From NCBI GenBank assembly GCA_963696025.1, contig CAVOII010000009.1, positions 170,561 to 202,560 on the forward strand: DNA of 32,000 nucleotides. Reading direction: 5' to 3'. The notes beneath the pieces are model-generated. The model had not been told where the DNA came from, did not search any database, and worked only from the letters and a program-made list of their open reading frames with translations. This DNA comes from an uncultured Acidobacteriota bacterium. Its GTDB lineage: Bacteria; Acidobacteriota; Terriglobia; Terriglobales; Acidobacteriaceae. This document shows positions 1 to 9,490 of this stretch, in pieces. The first letter of the stretch is position 1; each line of letters begins with the position of its first letter. A program made the translations under genes and the position numbers.

Positions 1-568
1 TCCGTGTTCGGGATAGCTGTGAAATTGATATACCCCTGCGAACCGTAGAGCTTGGTCACAGCTTCCAAGCCTTTTGCAACCTCTTCACGGCTGAAGATTT
101 CACCTGGGTGGATCTGCATACCCTCCAGCAATTGCTGCTCCGAAAATACAGTCATGTTCTTGTAGTGGATGTCGCGAAGCCAGTACTGACGGCCCGCGTC
201 TAAGATCTGCACCACGATGCTATATTGCGGCGTGGTATCGTGTGGAACTGGGATAGCTTTTGCAGCCACTTGGACCTTGAAGTAACCGTTGTTCTGATAG
301 GCAGCGCGGCCCCTCTCAGCTGCTTCGTCCGCTACTCCCGAGATATCCTCATCCGTCGAGGCAGCTGCAATCCTTTCCCTGCCAGTTCTTTCGTGATCTG
401 CTGCTGTTCTTGTACCGAAAGTAGCGACGCATTCTTGAATATCACGCTGCGGATCGCGAGGTTGATCGTGCGCGGAGACTCTCTCTCAGCCGGGCAGGTT
501 TCCGCACACAAAGAACCGAAGAGGGCTAGAAAGCAAGCAGCGATAAAGGCGTTTCTGCACGCCATCAC
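1..568 (-). CDS. BamA/Omp85-family outer-membrane protein, N-terminal part (signal peptide + POTRA repeats). Frame is broken near 335-365 and the gene runs off the window start.
   Basis: Minus ORF 332-568 begins with a signal peptide (MMACRNAFIAACFLALFGSLCA) and POTRA-like text (INLAIRSVIFKNASLLSVQEQQQITKELAGK). A second minus frame from ~370 to 1 reads STDEDISGVADEAAERGRAAYQNNGYFKVQV...GEIFSREEVAKGLEAVTKLYGSQGYINF, typical POTRA text. The two frames are offset by one nucleotide. Confidence 0.6.
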
Positions 569-629
569 CTCTCAAATCCTTGCGTAATTATATGCCGATT
601 TTGAGTGGCTTCTTGCCGGATACTCTTGC

Positions 630-1721
630 TCACAGACTATGCTGCAAAAGTCCTGTCCCGACACCTGCACAAATCCCCAGCAACACAACAGTTCCAAACA
701 GAGTGACAGCCGTGCGCCAGGAGATGGTGCGGCCCAGAATGAGCATGGGGTAGATGCTGAACGCGCCCAGCGTACATAAGAGAATCACGACATAGGGCAT
801 GGGAACCCCTCGCGCCATGAGAATGAAAGCCGCGGCTACGTCGAACGCCATCGGCACAGGCAAGAATGTACCCACCAGAGCGACCAGAATAATCCCCAGG
901 ATACTGACTTTTAACGGGATATCGTGAGCAGGAACCAGTTCAGCGACGACGGCGCCTAAGATAGCCGCGAGGATCATGAGCGGAATGGTAGCGGCGGCCA
1001 GTCTTGCCAGATGCGCGAAGTAATTTTTCAATGTACTTCCCACGGGCTGCAGCCATCGCCCTGCGTTGGGGACAGGAGCATCGCGTTCCGAGGAAGGTAT
1101 AGTGTGCCGAACGACCACGGGGACCAGTGCGAGCAGAACGAGCGGAACCATTAGCCGAACCAGTGCGATCTTCAACGGAAACAGGGTGAAGGCCATCGCC
1201 AGGACAACTACGTTCAGCATGGGAGAACTGATCATTGTGGCAAGAACCGTATTCGAGCTGGCGCCAGCGACAAACAACCCGCGACCGATTGGCGCAACAC
1301 AGTTGGCACAGACACCAAGTGGCACACCGGCCACGGCTCCCAGCAGAGTGTTGCCTGCGGCGCTCTTAAAACGGATTTGCGGCAGGGTCGAAAGCAGCGT
1401 GAGCAAGGCCGCGCCGAAGCAGATACCAAACGTCATGCCGATGCGGTTGGTCCACATCCAATTCACCGAAGTGCGCTCGATGCGGGTCACCGCCGGCATC
1501 GCGGGAGTTACCGGCAGTAGCGCATCGAAACTAAGCACACCAGTCACGTGGATTGCCTGACCGGCATGCAGCTTCTTGAGCAACGCAGGATACCGAGATT
1601 CAGTCCAGAAGTAGAGACCGATCGCGAGGCTGAGCAGCAGTGCGACCGACGTCTGTACGAGTAGGATTTTTCGCGCAGAGGCTCGCGCAGCAAACGGCAG
1701 ACTAGCGGCGGCAGAAGTCAT
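630..1721 (-). CDS. Polytopic membrane permease, COG0701/ArsP_1 (DUF318)-like
   Basis: 363-aa ORF that is almost entirely hydrophobic helices. It has a central GVCANCVAPIGRG cysteine motif like the CxxC segment of COG0701 predicted permeases. Confidence 0.6.
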   Translation of the reverse strand: MTSAAASLPFAARASARKILLVQTSVALLLSLAIGLYFWTESRYPALLKKLHAGQAIHVTGVLSFDALLPVTPAMPAVTRIERTSVNWMWTNRIGMTFGICFGAALLTLLSTLPQIRFKSAAGNTLLGAVAGVPLGVCANCVAPIGRGLFVAGASSNTVLATMISSPMLNVVVLAMAFTLFPLKIALVRLMVPLVLLALVPVVVRHTIPSSERDAPVPNAGRWLQPVGSTLKNYFAHLARLAAATIPLMILAAILGAVVAELVPAHDIPLKVSILGIILVALVGTFLPVPMAFDVAAAFILMARGVPMPYVVILLCTLGAFSIYPMLILGRTISWRTAVTLFGTVVLLGICAGVGTGLLQHSL

Positions 1722-2153
1722 GAGACCTCAAATCCTTATCGGCAATGCAACTTGGCCGCGAATTATCCGTGACCGGCCTGCAACCAGCAATAGTGGATTT
1801 CAATTAGACGTTGGCTACCTCCGGGCGAAAGCAAATGACCATCGACAGCCAACCAACGACTACGTAGGGGTTACGCCGCCATCCTTATCGGGTTATAATG
1901 AATCAGCGATGTGTACCGATGCGCCACCAGGAAGCCAATTCGAAAGCGCCCGTGTGCCAGCTCCATCTTCTGGTGCGCCGTCATTCGGCGGTATTGCCCT
2001 CCCAGGCGCGTCCCAATCTCTTCGGTAGCGACTAGCTTTCGATCCTCCCAGACCTGATACGTGCATTTGGGCCTAAATCCGCGCATCCCGCGGCAGAGCC
2101 CCAAGCTGATAACAGACGACCAAAGACTGACGACTGAAATTCAGGAGGATCCC

Positions 2154-3509
2154 ATGCCGACCAACGCTCTAGCCGGTCCCAAGCTCAAGACTGCCCTGCC
2201 TGGCCCCAATGCCAAGCGCATCCTCGATGGCGACAACAAATACATTTCGCCGTCCTACACCCGTTCCTATCCGCTAGTGGCTAAGCAGGGCCGCGGCCTG
2301 GTCATCACCGACGTGGACGGCAACGAGTTCCTCGATTTCTCTGCCGGCATTGCCGTGGTTTCAACCGGTCACTGCCATCCTGACGTGGTCGCAGCGATCC
2401 AGAAGCAGGCGGGTGAGCTCATTCACATGTCGGGCACCGATTTCTATTACCAGAACATGGTGACGCTCGCGGAGCGGCTTTCGAAAATCGCTCCCATGCC
2501 CGGGCCGCACAAGATTTATTACGGCAACTCTGGCGCCGAGGCGATTGAGGCCGCACTCAAGCTGGCTCGCTATCACACCAAGCGGCAAAATGTGATCGCT
2601 TTCTTAGGCGCGTTCCACGGACGCACTATGGGCGCGCTATCGCTGACTGCCTCCAAGCCGCAACAAAAGCGACGTTTCGCTCCGTTGGTTCCCGGCGTCA
2701 TCCACGTACGTTATCCCGATGTTTATCGCGGTTGCGAAGGCGGCCCGCAGGATGCCGAGAAGTTTGCCCTGGGTTGCGCCCGCTTCATCGAGGACAAGCT
2801 CTTCAAGACCACCCTGCCGGCGGAAGAAGTGGCAGCTATTTTTGTCGAACCTATCCAGGGAGAAGGCGGTTACGTCATCGCGCCGACAGTTTTCATGCAG
2901 GAATTGCGCCGCATCTGCGATAAGCATGGAATTCTGCTGGTAGCCGACGAAGTCCAAAGCGGCGCCGGCCGCACCGGCAAGTGGTGGGCGGTCGAACACA
3001 CCGGCGTGCAGCCTGACATTGTCTGCATGGCCAAGGGAATCGCCTCGGGTATGCCGCTCGGCATCCTGATGAGCAAAGCCGAAATTATGGATTGGGTTCC
3101 GGGCTCGCATGCGTCGACGTTCGGCGGCAATCCCGTCTGCATTGCAGCCGCGCTGGCCACGCTTGATGTCATCGAGCGCGAGAACCTCTTGCGTAACTCA
3201 ACGGACGTCGGCAACCATATGCTGAAGCGCATGGCCGACTGGCCAAGTAAGCACAAGCTGGTGGGCGATGTCCGCGGCCGCGGCCTGATGATTGGTGTCG
3301 AGATCGTGAAGGACAAGAAGACGAAAGAATACGCCGCCGCCGAACGTGATCGCATCATTGAGCTGGTCTTCGAGCGAGGGATTCTCTTTCTCGGTTGCGG
3401 ACCCAGCACGATTCGCATCGCTCCGCCGCTCATAGTCACCAAAGACGAAGCTGACGTCGCCATCGATGCTCTCGAGGAGTGCGTCACCATCGTTGGTAAG
3501 AGCGCGTAA
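2154..3509 (+). CDS. Class-III PLP-dependent aminotransferase (4-aminobutyrate/acetylornithine aminotransferase family)
   Basis: ATG 2154 follows AGGAGG at 2144-2149; the track ORF starts earlier, at 2061. Motifs: DFSAGIAVVSTGHCHP, LVADEVQSGAGRTGKWW, DIVCMAKGIASG (PLP lysine), STFGGNP. Confidence 0.85.
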   Translation: MPTNALAGPKLKTALPGPNAKRILDGDNKYISPSYTRSYPLVAKQGRGLVITDVDGNEFLDFSAGIAVVSTGHCHPDVVAAIQKQAGELIHMSGTDFYYQNMVTLAERLSKIAPMPGPHKIYYGNSGAEAIEAALKLARYHTKRQNVIAFLGAFHGRTMGALSLTASKPQQKRRFAPLVPGVIHVRYPDVYRGCEGGPQDAEKFALGCARFIEDKLFKTTLPAEEVAAIFVEPIQGEGGYVIAPTVFMQELRRICDKHGILLVADEVQSGAGRTGKWWAVEHTGVQPDIVCMAKGIASGMPLGILMSKAEIMDWVPGSHASTFGGNPVCIAAALATLDVIERENLLRNSTDVGNHMLKRMADWPSKHKLVGDVRGRGLMIGVEIVKDKKTKEYAAAERDRIIELVFERGILFLGCGPSTIRIAPPLIVTKDEADVAIDALEECVTIVGKSA

Positions 3510-3523
3510 GCGCTCGCGCAGGG

Positions 3524-3609
3524 CCCGGTTTCTGACGTGCTGATTCGGACGAATCTGGGGAAGGGCACGACTTCCAATCGTGCCCTGAGGTTCCCGAAAA
3601 CGGACCGGG
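3524..3609. repeat. REP-like hairpin / possible terminator downstream of the aminotransferase gene
   Basis: Perfect 9-bp stem AGGGCACGA/TCGTGCCCT (3562-3570 with 3578-3586), nested inside CCCGGT (3524-3529) pairing with ACCGGG (3604-3609). There is no U-run directly after the inner stem. Confidence 0.4.
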
Positions 3610-3674
3610 TTTAGCCGCTTCGATTCGGCGTCTCATCCGCAGTGCATTTTTGCGTCAGTTGAACAAGGATCGCC

Positions 3675-4130
3675 ATGAAGGGAACAGTTGAGTCCATTAA
3701 CATCGCCGCCGCCGCTAAAGAACCCATGCAGTCCGTTGATCAGGTGCAGGCGACTCCGGGCCTCGGGTTGGAAGGAGATCGCTATGCTTTGGGGCTGGGA
3801 ACATTCTTCAAGCGGCAACCGGACGTTGAGCTGACTCTAATTGAGGCAGAGGCAATCGAAGCGTTGAAGCGCGATTACCAAGTGGAAATCGCCCCCGGTG
3901 AGGCGCGGCGCAATGTTGTCACTCGCGGCGTGGCGCTCAATCATCTGGTTGGTCGTGAGTTTCGTATCGGCGATGTGAAGGTCCTAGGTATCCGTCTATG
4001 CGAGCCGTGCGGCCACTTGCAGGCGCTCACCGGACGTCCGGTAATCAAAGGGCTGATCCACCGTGGCGGCCTGCGTGCTCAGATTTTGACCCCAGGAACA
4101 ATTCGGGTCGGCGCCCCGGTGAGCGACTAG
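3675..4130 (+). CDS. MOSC domain-containing protein
   Basis: 151-aa ORF with GLEGDRY, LIEAEAIEAL and the conserved-cysteine segment RLCEPCGHL typical of MOSC/YiiM-like proteins. Confidence 0.75.
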   Translation: MKGTVESINIAAAAKEPMQSVDQVQATPGLGLEGDRYALGLGTFFKRQPDVELTLIEAEAIEALKRDYQVEIAPGEARRNVVTRGVALNHLVGREFRIGDVKVLGIRLCEPCGHLQALTGRPVIKGLIHRGGLRAQILTPGTIRVGAPVSD

Positions 4131-4248
4131 TCGCCATGCAGCGCCTGTACTTTCTGTGACTTCGGGACTAGAACTTTCGTCCCGGGTTTCTCCTTGACAC
4201 TCTATCTAGCCGGAGCGAAACTCCGCTCAGAGCATCTTGCAAATTTGC

Positions 4249-5328
4249 ATGGATCATTACTCCATCCTGGACTCCAGTCCGTCCCGGGCAGGGCTGGAAA
4301 CTGTCTTGACTGAGAGCGAGGCCAAGGAATCTGCTTCGCTGCGCGCAGTCTCGCCGGAGCCTCTGCGCTTTCCCGGCGACGACGGTGGCAGGTCGCTCAA
4401 CCATATGGCTCAGCGCGACCTCGATGCCGCATTGCAATTGCTGGCTGAGCGGGCGCAGTACATCACCGGGGCCTCAGGCGCCGCCATCGCATTGCGCCGG
4501 GGCGAGCACATGATTTGTCGCGCCAGTTCGGGAGAATCTGCCCCGAAGCTGGGATCGCACCTGCAAGTCGATTCGGGCCTCTCAGGCGAGAGCGTGCGCA
4601 CCCGGCAGATGCTCTGCTGTGACGATGCCCAAAACGATCCCCGTGTGAATTGGGAGAGTTGCCGGGCGCTGAGGATTGTGTCGGTGGTGGTGATGCCTCT
4701 GGTTCGCGAGCAACAAGTCAACGGAATATTCGAACTCTTATCGGAGAGGGCCCATGCATTCGAGGAACGAGACTTCGCCGCCCTGGAACGCCTGGCCGAG
4801 ATGATCCAGACCGCACTAGATCACGCCGAAGCGACGAAGCTGGTAGAAAATGAATTGATTTCGGCGCCCAGCGCAGCGGCGCCAGGGTCGGGTCAGGCTG
4901 CATACAAAAGTAAACCCGAATCCGATCCGGAGCCGGAGCCTGCAGTTGAAAAGGAAGCGGTGGTCAAGCCCGCGGCAGAGGGCGTCGCTATGCCGCAATC
5001 AGCTTCGGCGGCTACCGAGCCGGACCATGCCGCCTCAGAAGAAGAGCCTGCCGTCGATTCCGTTGCCGTCTTGGTCAGCGAGCGGGGCAACATCGGAACC
5101 TGTCAGGCGTGCGGATTCCCGATCTCCGAAGGCCGGAAGCTTTGCCTCGATTGCGAAGCCGATCAGATTCCTGAGCTGGTTCCGGCCGCGGCCGCAGTGG
5201 TCAATGACATTCCGGAATTTCTCACTGTTCCGGAAAGCAAGAGCTGGTTGCAGTCTCACTTGTACGTGGTTGTCACCATACTCATGGTGGCCGCTACAGT
5301 AATTTTGATCCTCTGGCGCAGCCTGTAA
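4249..5328 (+). CDS. GAF domain protein with C-terminal zinc-ribbon and membrane anchor
   Basis: GAF-like core (ALQLLAERAQYITGASGAAIAL...VVVMPLVREQQVNGIFELL), an acidic/Pro-Ala low-complexity linker, CQACGFPISEGRKLCLDC, then the TM helix LYVVVTILMVAATVILILW. Start is uncertain: TTG 4237, ATG 4249 or ATG 4405. Confidence 0.65.
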   Translation: MDHYSILDSSPSRAGLETVLTESEAKESASLRAVSPEPLRFPGDDGGRSLNHMAQRDLDAALQLLAERAQYITGASGAAIALRRGEHMICRASSGESAPKLGSHLQVDSGLSGESVRTRQMLCCDDAQNDPRVNWESCRALRIVSVVVMPLVREQQVNGIFELLSERAHAFEERDFAALERLAEMIQTALDHAEATKLVENELISAPSAAAPGSGQAAYKSKPESDPEPEPAVEKEAVVKPAAEGVAMPQSASAATEPDHAASEEEPAVDSVAVLVSERGNIGTCQACGFPISEGRKLCLDCEADQIPELVPAAAAVVNDIPEFLTVPESKSWLQSHLYVVVTILMVAATVILILWRSL

Positions 5329-5359
5329 TCGCGCGCCGCGTGCTCCTCACCCTGAGTTA

Positions 5360-5761
5360 CTAAGAATGCAAACAGATTTTATTCGGCAAGAGAAAAGTGC
5401 TTTTCGCAAGGTCTGAAGCCAGCGTGCCGTCGGAGTAGTATTTCTTCAAAACGTTGTCTTTCCAGTTCAATAGATCAGCATTCGCTGCGGCGAACTGCGC
5501 CCACGTTTGACCGCACCCGGCGCGGGCTATTCGTTCCCGAATCAAAAACATAAAAGCCCAGGTGATGGTCTCGTGATAGAGGCTGGGCTTTCCCTTGGCG
5601 GCGGCGAATCTCGCTAGCGAACTCGAAAAGCGCTGAAGAGCTTCCAGGGCCGGATACCGGCTCAGATACAGAAAGGCCATCTTGACGTGGTCGGGGTGGT
5701 GAAACGACTCAGTTGGCAGGCTGCAATCCTCGAACTTCGCGATGAACTCATCATCGGTCAC
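5360..5761 (-). CDS. Hypothetical all-helical protein (133 aa), family not recognised
   Basis: Clean ORF with ATG start and coding-like composition, co-oriented 62 nt downstream of the small RHH-like gene. Contains FHHPDH and YHETITWAF segments that I cannot assign. Confidence 0.5.
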   Translation of the reverse strand: MTDDEFIAKFEDCSLPTESFHHPDHVKMAFLYLSRYPALEALQRFSSSLARFAAAKGKPSLYHETITWAFMFLIRERIARAGCGQTWAQFAAANADLLNWKDNVLKKYYSDGTLASDLAKSTFLLPNKICLHS

Positions 5762-5823
5762 CGATCACCTCCAAAACTTCAGCCCGGCTGCCTCCAACCA
5801 AGGCAATGCTTTCACACGCTGAT

Positions 5824-6099
5824 TTATTCCGAATGGGTTGTGCCTGATTCGGTAAGGCGGTGGCTCGCCCGGGAGTCCAAATCGAGACCGTAGAACCTCT
5901 TCAACTCCTTGATACGCCGCAAACTGGCTTGGTTGAAGGGGCACTTTCCATCAAACGCATGGAGAACAATGCCTTCGAGCAGGTCACCGAGAGTCATATC
6001 GTGGTAGTCGGCAAAAGCCCTGAGCACCTTCAACAGCCGCTTCTCCACTCGAACCCCCGTCTGCACCCGTTCAACTACGTGTTTGCTGTCTAGAACCAT
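5824..6099 (-). CDS. Small ribbon-helix-helix-like putative DNA-binding protein
   Basis: The segment GVRVEKRLLKVLRAFADYHDMTLGDLLEGIVLHAF has a strand-helix-helix pattern. ATG at 6099 is preferred; the track ORF extends to GTG 6135 through an 8-bp tandem repeat. Confidence 0.45.
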   Translation of the reverse strand: MVLDSKHVVERVQTGVRVEKRLLKVLRAFADYHDMTLGDLLEGIVLHAFDGKCPFNQASLRRIKELKRFYGLDLDSRASHRLTESGTTHSE

Positions 6100-6104
6100 C
6101 GTAA

Positions 6105-6136
6105 GTACCAATGTACCAATGTAATAATGTACCACA
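6105..6136. promoter_or_regulatory. Four tandem 8-bp units (GTACCAAT GTACCAAT GTAATAAT GTACCACA), candidate operator
   Basis: Direct reading of the sequence. The units lie immediately upstream of the ATG of the RHH-like gene on the minus strand. Confidence 0.35.
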
Positions 6137-6325
6137 ACGCCAGGCGCAGATCAGAATTACCTATTTTCCCCTGTCCGTTGGTGGGCGCCTGGCCGGCAAA
6201 GAAATGGGTTACTTGATTGAGTAGTGCCCTGATCCGCATCCATGGTGGGTTTCTTTGCGGACGGCGCTCTTTGCGCTTAGGAGGTTTGATTTTGCCGTCG
6301 GACGGTATCCTCGGCGGGGCCCGCG

Positions 6326-6354
6326 TTGACTTGGCTGCTTGCGCAGCCTACCAT
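6326..6354 (+). promoter_or_regulatory. Sigma-70-like promoter candidate for the kinase-TPR gene
   Basis: TTGACT (6326-6331), a 17-nt spacer, then TACCAT (6349-6354), about 30 nt upstream of ATG 6384. Confidence 0.35.
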
Positions 6355-6383
6355 CGGAAAATCTCCTGGGAGCTGTCCGGTTG

Positions 6384-9236
6384 ATGATCAGCGAGACCAT
6401 TTCTCACTACCGCGTCCTGCACCAGCTCGGCGGCGGCGGCATGGGCGTGGTGTATGAGGCTGAAGACCTCAACCTTGGCCGTCACGTCGCCCTGAAGTTT
6501 CTGCCGGAGGAATTGGAAAAGGACCCAGCGTCTCTTGAACGCTTCCAGCGCGAGGCGCGGGCCGCCTCCGCTCTGAACCATCCCAACATCTGCACCATTT
6601 ACGAAATTGGACAGGTCGGAGGCCGCTATTTTATTGCGATGGAGCTGCTGGAGGGCCAGACGCTCAGACAGCGTATCGGAAAACAGCCCCTGGAGATCGA
6701 CGTCCTTTTAGAGCTGGCCATCCAGATTTCAGACGCTCTTGACGCAGCTCACGCCAAGGGCATCGTTCATCGCGACATCAAACCTGCGAACATCTTTGTT
6801 ACGACTCGGAATCAAGCGAAGGTGTTGGACTTTGGCCTCGCCAAGCAGACTCTCAAGCCGGAAATTTTGCTGGGTGGCCCGACCCTCGGTTCGGCTGCAA
6901 CGGCGGACACCGTGGGCGGCGACCTGCTGACCAGCCCCGGTTCCACAGTAGGCACGGTCGCTTACATGTCTCCGGAGCAGGCGCGGGGCAAGGAACTGGA
7001 TACCCGCACCGATTTATTTTCTTTCGGCGCCGTACTCTATGAGGTGGCGACTGGCTCGCTGCCCTTCCGTGGTGACACAGCGCCCGTCATCTTCGACGCC
7101 ATTCTCAACCGGCCAGCGGTCGCCCCTGTCCGGCTGAACCCGGACGTTCCGTTCCAACTCGAAGACATCATCAACAAACTTCTGGAGAAGGATCGCGACC
7201 TCCGCTACCAGGGTGCGGCTGAGGTGCGCGCCGACCTGAAACGCCTGAAACGTGATACCGAGTCCGGCGTGACCTCCGCGGCTACAACTTCGTCGGGTGT
7301 TCTGCGGGGGAGAACGGTGCCTCCGGCCGGCCGTCGCAATCTCTGGAACTACGTCGTGATGGCCGTGGTAGTCGTCTCGGTCGTCGGTCTGGCGATGACG
7401 TTTTTCGCTCGCCGTGGCCGCGCCGTGATGACTGAGAAAGACGCGATCCTGCTCACAGACTTCGTCAACACCACCGCCGATCCGGTGTTTGATGGCGCGC
7501 TCAAGAAAGCGCTGGCGGTCGATCTCGAGCAGTCACCCTATCTCAACGTCTTCCCCGAACAGAAGGTGAGGCAGACCTTGCAATTTATGGGTCGCCCACC
7601 CGATGAGCGCATCACCAGCGAGGTAGGACGCGAGGTGTGCCAACGCAATGGCATCAAGGCGATGTTGAATGGCTCGATCGCCAACATGGGAAGCCAATAC
7701 GTGATCAGCCTGGACGCGGTGAACGCGGCCACCGGAGACTCCCTGGCCAGGGAAGAGGTCCAGGCAGGCAAAAAAGAAGATGTGCTGAACTCGCTGCACG
7801 AGGCTGGCTCCGACTTGCGTAGAAAGCTGGGAGAGTCTTTAGGCTCGGTACAGAAATACGACAAGCCTTTGTCCGAGGCCACTACCTCCTCGCTGGAGGC
7901 GCTCAAGGCCCTCAGCCTGGGAGACGCTAGGCACCAGGTCGGCGATGAACTGGCGGCCCTGCCACTTTATCAGCGGGCCGTGGAACTGGATCCGAACTTC
8001 GCCATGGCCTACGCGCGCTTGGGAGCGGTATACAACAACCTGGGTCAAACCGAACTTTCGGAACAGAATCGGCAAAAAGCCTTCGAGTTACGCGACCGCG
8101 CGAGCGAGCACGAAAAGCTTTACATCATGTCACACTACTTCGCCGATTCCGGACAGCTGGACAAGGGAATCACGGCCCTCGAGCTCTACAAGCAGACTTA
8201 TCCGCGAGATTCGATTCCGTACACGAACCTTGCCGCCATTTATAACCAATTAGGCCAGTTTGAGAACGCGCTGGATAACGCCCGGCAGTCAGTCGAACTC
8301 GATCCTGGCGGTCTGAGCGGATATTCCAACGTGGCCAACGCTTACGTCGGGCTCAGCCGATTGGAAGAGGCCAAAGCTACCTTAAACCAGGCTTTGCAGC
8401 GCAAACTTGCCGGATATACCACCCACCTCCAGCTGGGCGGAATCTTATGGCTGCAGAATGACATCCCGGCCATGGATCACGAACTCGACCTGGCAGCAAA
8501 GAGCGGGCCTGCCGGCGAAGCCATCCTCTTTGGATTCGAGGCTGGCATGGCCGCCTTCAATGGACAACTGCGGCAGGCGCTCGATTTCGGACAGAAGAAC
8601 CGAGAAGCTGCCCAGCGGCTCGGCCTGAAAGAGGTGATCGCTAACGAGTACACTCAGGAGGCCGGGGGCGAGGCAATGTTTCTCTACCCCTCCCGGGCAC
8701 GCGACAGTGCGGCACAGGCTTTAAAGATCTCGCAGTCACCCAACGTAGTGCTGAATTCAGCCTTCGCCCTGGCCCTCACTGGCGACGATCAAAAAGCGGC
8801 AAAGTTGGCGGACGACGTTGCCAAAAACCGTCCTTACGACACCCTGGTGCAGTTTGTGAATGTGCCCCTGGTGAAAGCCCAGATTGAAATGAATCATGGA
8901 AATCCTGCGAAGGCGATTGATCTGCTGGACAACGCCATGGTCTATGCCCGCGTGAACTCGAGCGTGTTGTATGTTCGCGCGAATGCATACCTGAAAGCCG
9001 GAAGGGCCGCTGACGCTGTCCAGGCATATCAGCGCGTCCTGGATGTGAAGAGCTTTATTGGCGCCGATCCCGTTGTACCTTTATCCCATCTCGGCATGGC
9101 CCGCGCCTACGCGTTGCAAGGCGATAAGGCGAACAGCCGCGTCGCCTACCAGAACTTTTTCGGCATCTGGAAGAACGCCGACCCAGACATTCCTGTCCTG
9201 CATCAAGCCAAAGCAGAGTACGCGAAGGTACAGTAA
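6384..9236 (+). CDS. Ser/Thr protein kinase with one TM helix and an extracytoplasmic sensor-like domain followed by TPR repeats
   Basis: Kinase motifs [42 protein letters not shown] helix [23 protein letters not shown]. Repeated TPR-like text follows ([26 protein letters not shown], etc.). Confidence 0.9.
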   Translation: MISETISHYRVLHQLGGGGMGVVYEAEDLNLGRHVALKFLPEELEKDPASLERFQREARAASALNHPNICTIYEIGQVGGRYFIAMELLEGQTLRQRIGKQPLEIDVLLELAIQISDALDAAHAKGIVHRDIKPANIFVTTRNQAKVLDFGLAKQTLKPEILLGGPTLGSAATADTVGGDLLTSPGSTVGTVAYMSPEQARGKELDTRTDLFSFGAVLYEVATGSLPFRGDTAPVIFDAILNRPAVAPVRLNPDVPFQLEDIINKLLEKDRDLRYQGAAEVRADLKRLKRDTESGVTSAATTSSGVLRGRTVPPAGRRNLWNYVVMAVVVVSVVGLAMTFFARRGRAVMTEKDAILLTDFVNTTADPVFDGALKKALAVDLEQSPYLNVFPEQKVRQTLQFMGRPPDERITSEVGREVCQRNGIKAMLNGSIANMGSQYVISLDAVNAATGDSLAREEVQAGKKEDVLNSLHEAGSDLRRKLGESLGSVQKYDKPLSEATTSSLEALKALSLGDARHQVGDELAALPLYQRAVELDPNFAMAYARLGAVYNNLGQTELSEQNRQKAFELRDRASEHEKLYIMSHYFADSGQLDKGITALELYKQTYPRDSIPYTNLAAIYNQLGQFENALDNARQSVELDPGGLSGYSNVANAYVGLSRLEEAKATLNQALQRKLAGYTTHLQLGGILWLQNDIPAMDHELDLAAKSGPAGEAILFGFEAGMAAFNGQLRQALDFGQKNREAAQRLGLKEVIANEYTQEAGGEAMFLYPSRARDSAAQALKISQSPNVVLNSAFALALTGDDQKAAKLADDVAKNRPYDTLVQFVNVPLVKAQIEMNHGNPAKAIDLLDNAMVYARVNSSVLYVRANAYLKAGRAADAVQAYQRVLDVKSFIGADPVVPLSHLGMARAYALQGDKANSRVAYQNFFGIWKNADPDIPVLHQAKAEYAKVQ

Positions 9237-9295
9237 AAGCTCTTTGGGGTGGCCCACTTCAAGCCGCAGCCATAGCGGTATGCTTTCTCATTGGT

Positions 9296-9335
9296 GTTCC
9301 TCTCTCTGTTCCTCTCTCTTGTTCTCTTATTTTGT
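9296..9335 (+). repeat. Polypyrimidine tandem repeat (GTTCCTCTCTCT x2 plus a degenerate third unit)
   Basis: Exact 12-mers at 9296-9307 and 9308-9319, then TGTTCTCTTATTTTGTTG. Located 60 nt after the kinase-TPR stop. Confidence 0.8.
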
Positions 9336-9490
9336 TGATGAGACCGTACCCGAGCCCGGCAATATGGTATGCGTGAGGTAGGCCAAAGTAAAACAATGGG
9401 CAATTGTCTTGTTATGTGTGTCGCGCCTTGTCACCTCAGCATTGCGGGTCGTACACTCCGTTTCGCTTCTCGCGGACGCGCTCCGAACGT

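Noticed and set aside
1722-2153. 430-nt divergent gap between the permease and the aminotransferase. It contains a 77-aa minus ORF (1871-2104), a 102-aa plus ORF and a perfect TATAAT (1894-1899).
   Set aside because: Neither ORF has a recognisable domain, RBS or convincing composition. The TATAAT has no matching -35 and would give a 255-nt leader. I could not support a gene, a riboswitch core or a regulator here, so it is left unannotated.
2870-3577. 235-aa minus-strand ORF antisense to the aminotransferase gene. Similar long antisense ORFs occur at 12700-13302, 13529-14062, 18065-18661, 19244-19945, 25558-26382 and 30787-31797.
   Set aside because: These are typical high-GC shadow ORFs. Each lies fully inside and opposite a gene with unmistakable family motifs. 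Their translations are Arg/Ser/Pro/Ala-rich with no recognisable domains.
4238-4249. Perfect 12-nt palindrome TGCAAATTTGCA overlapping the GAF gene start
   Set aside because: It is a single short palindrome with no second copy in the window. It could be an operator but there is no supporting evidence, so it is noted only.
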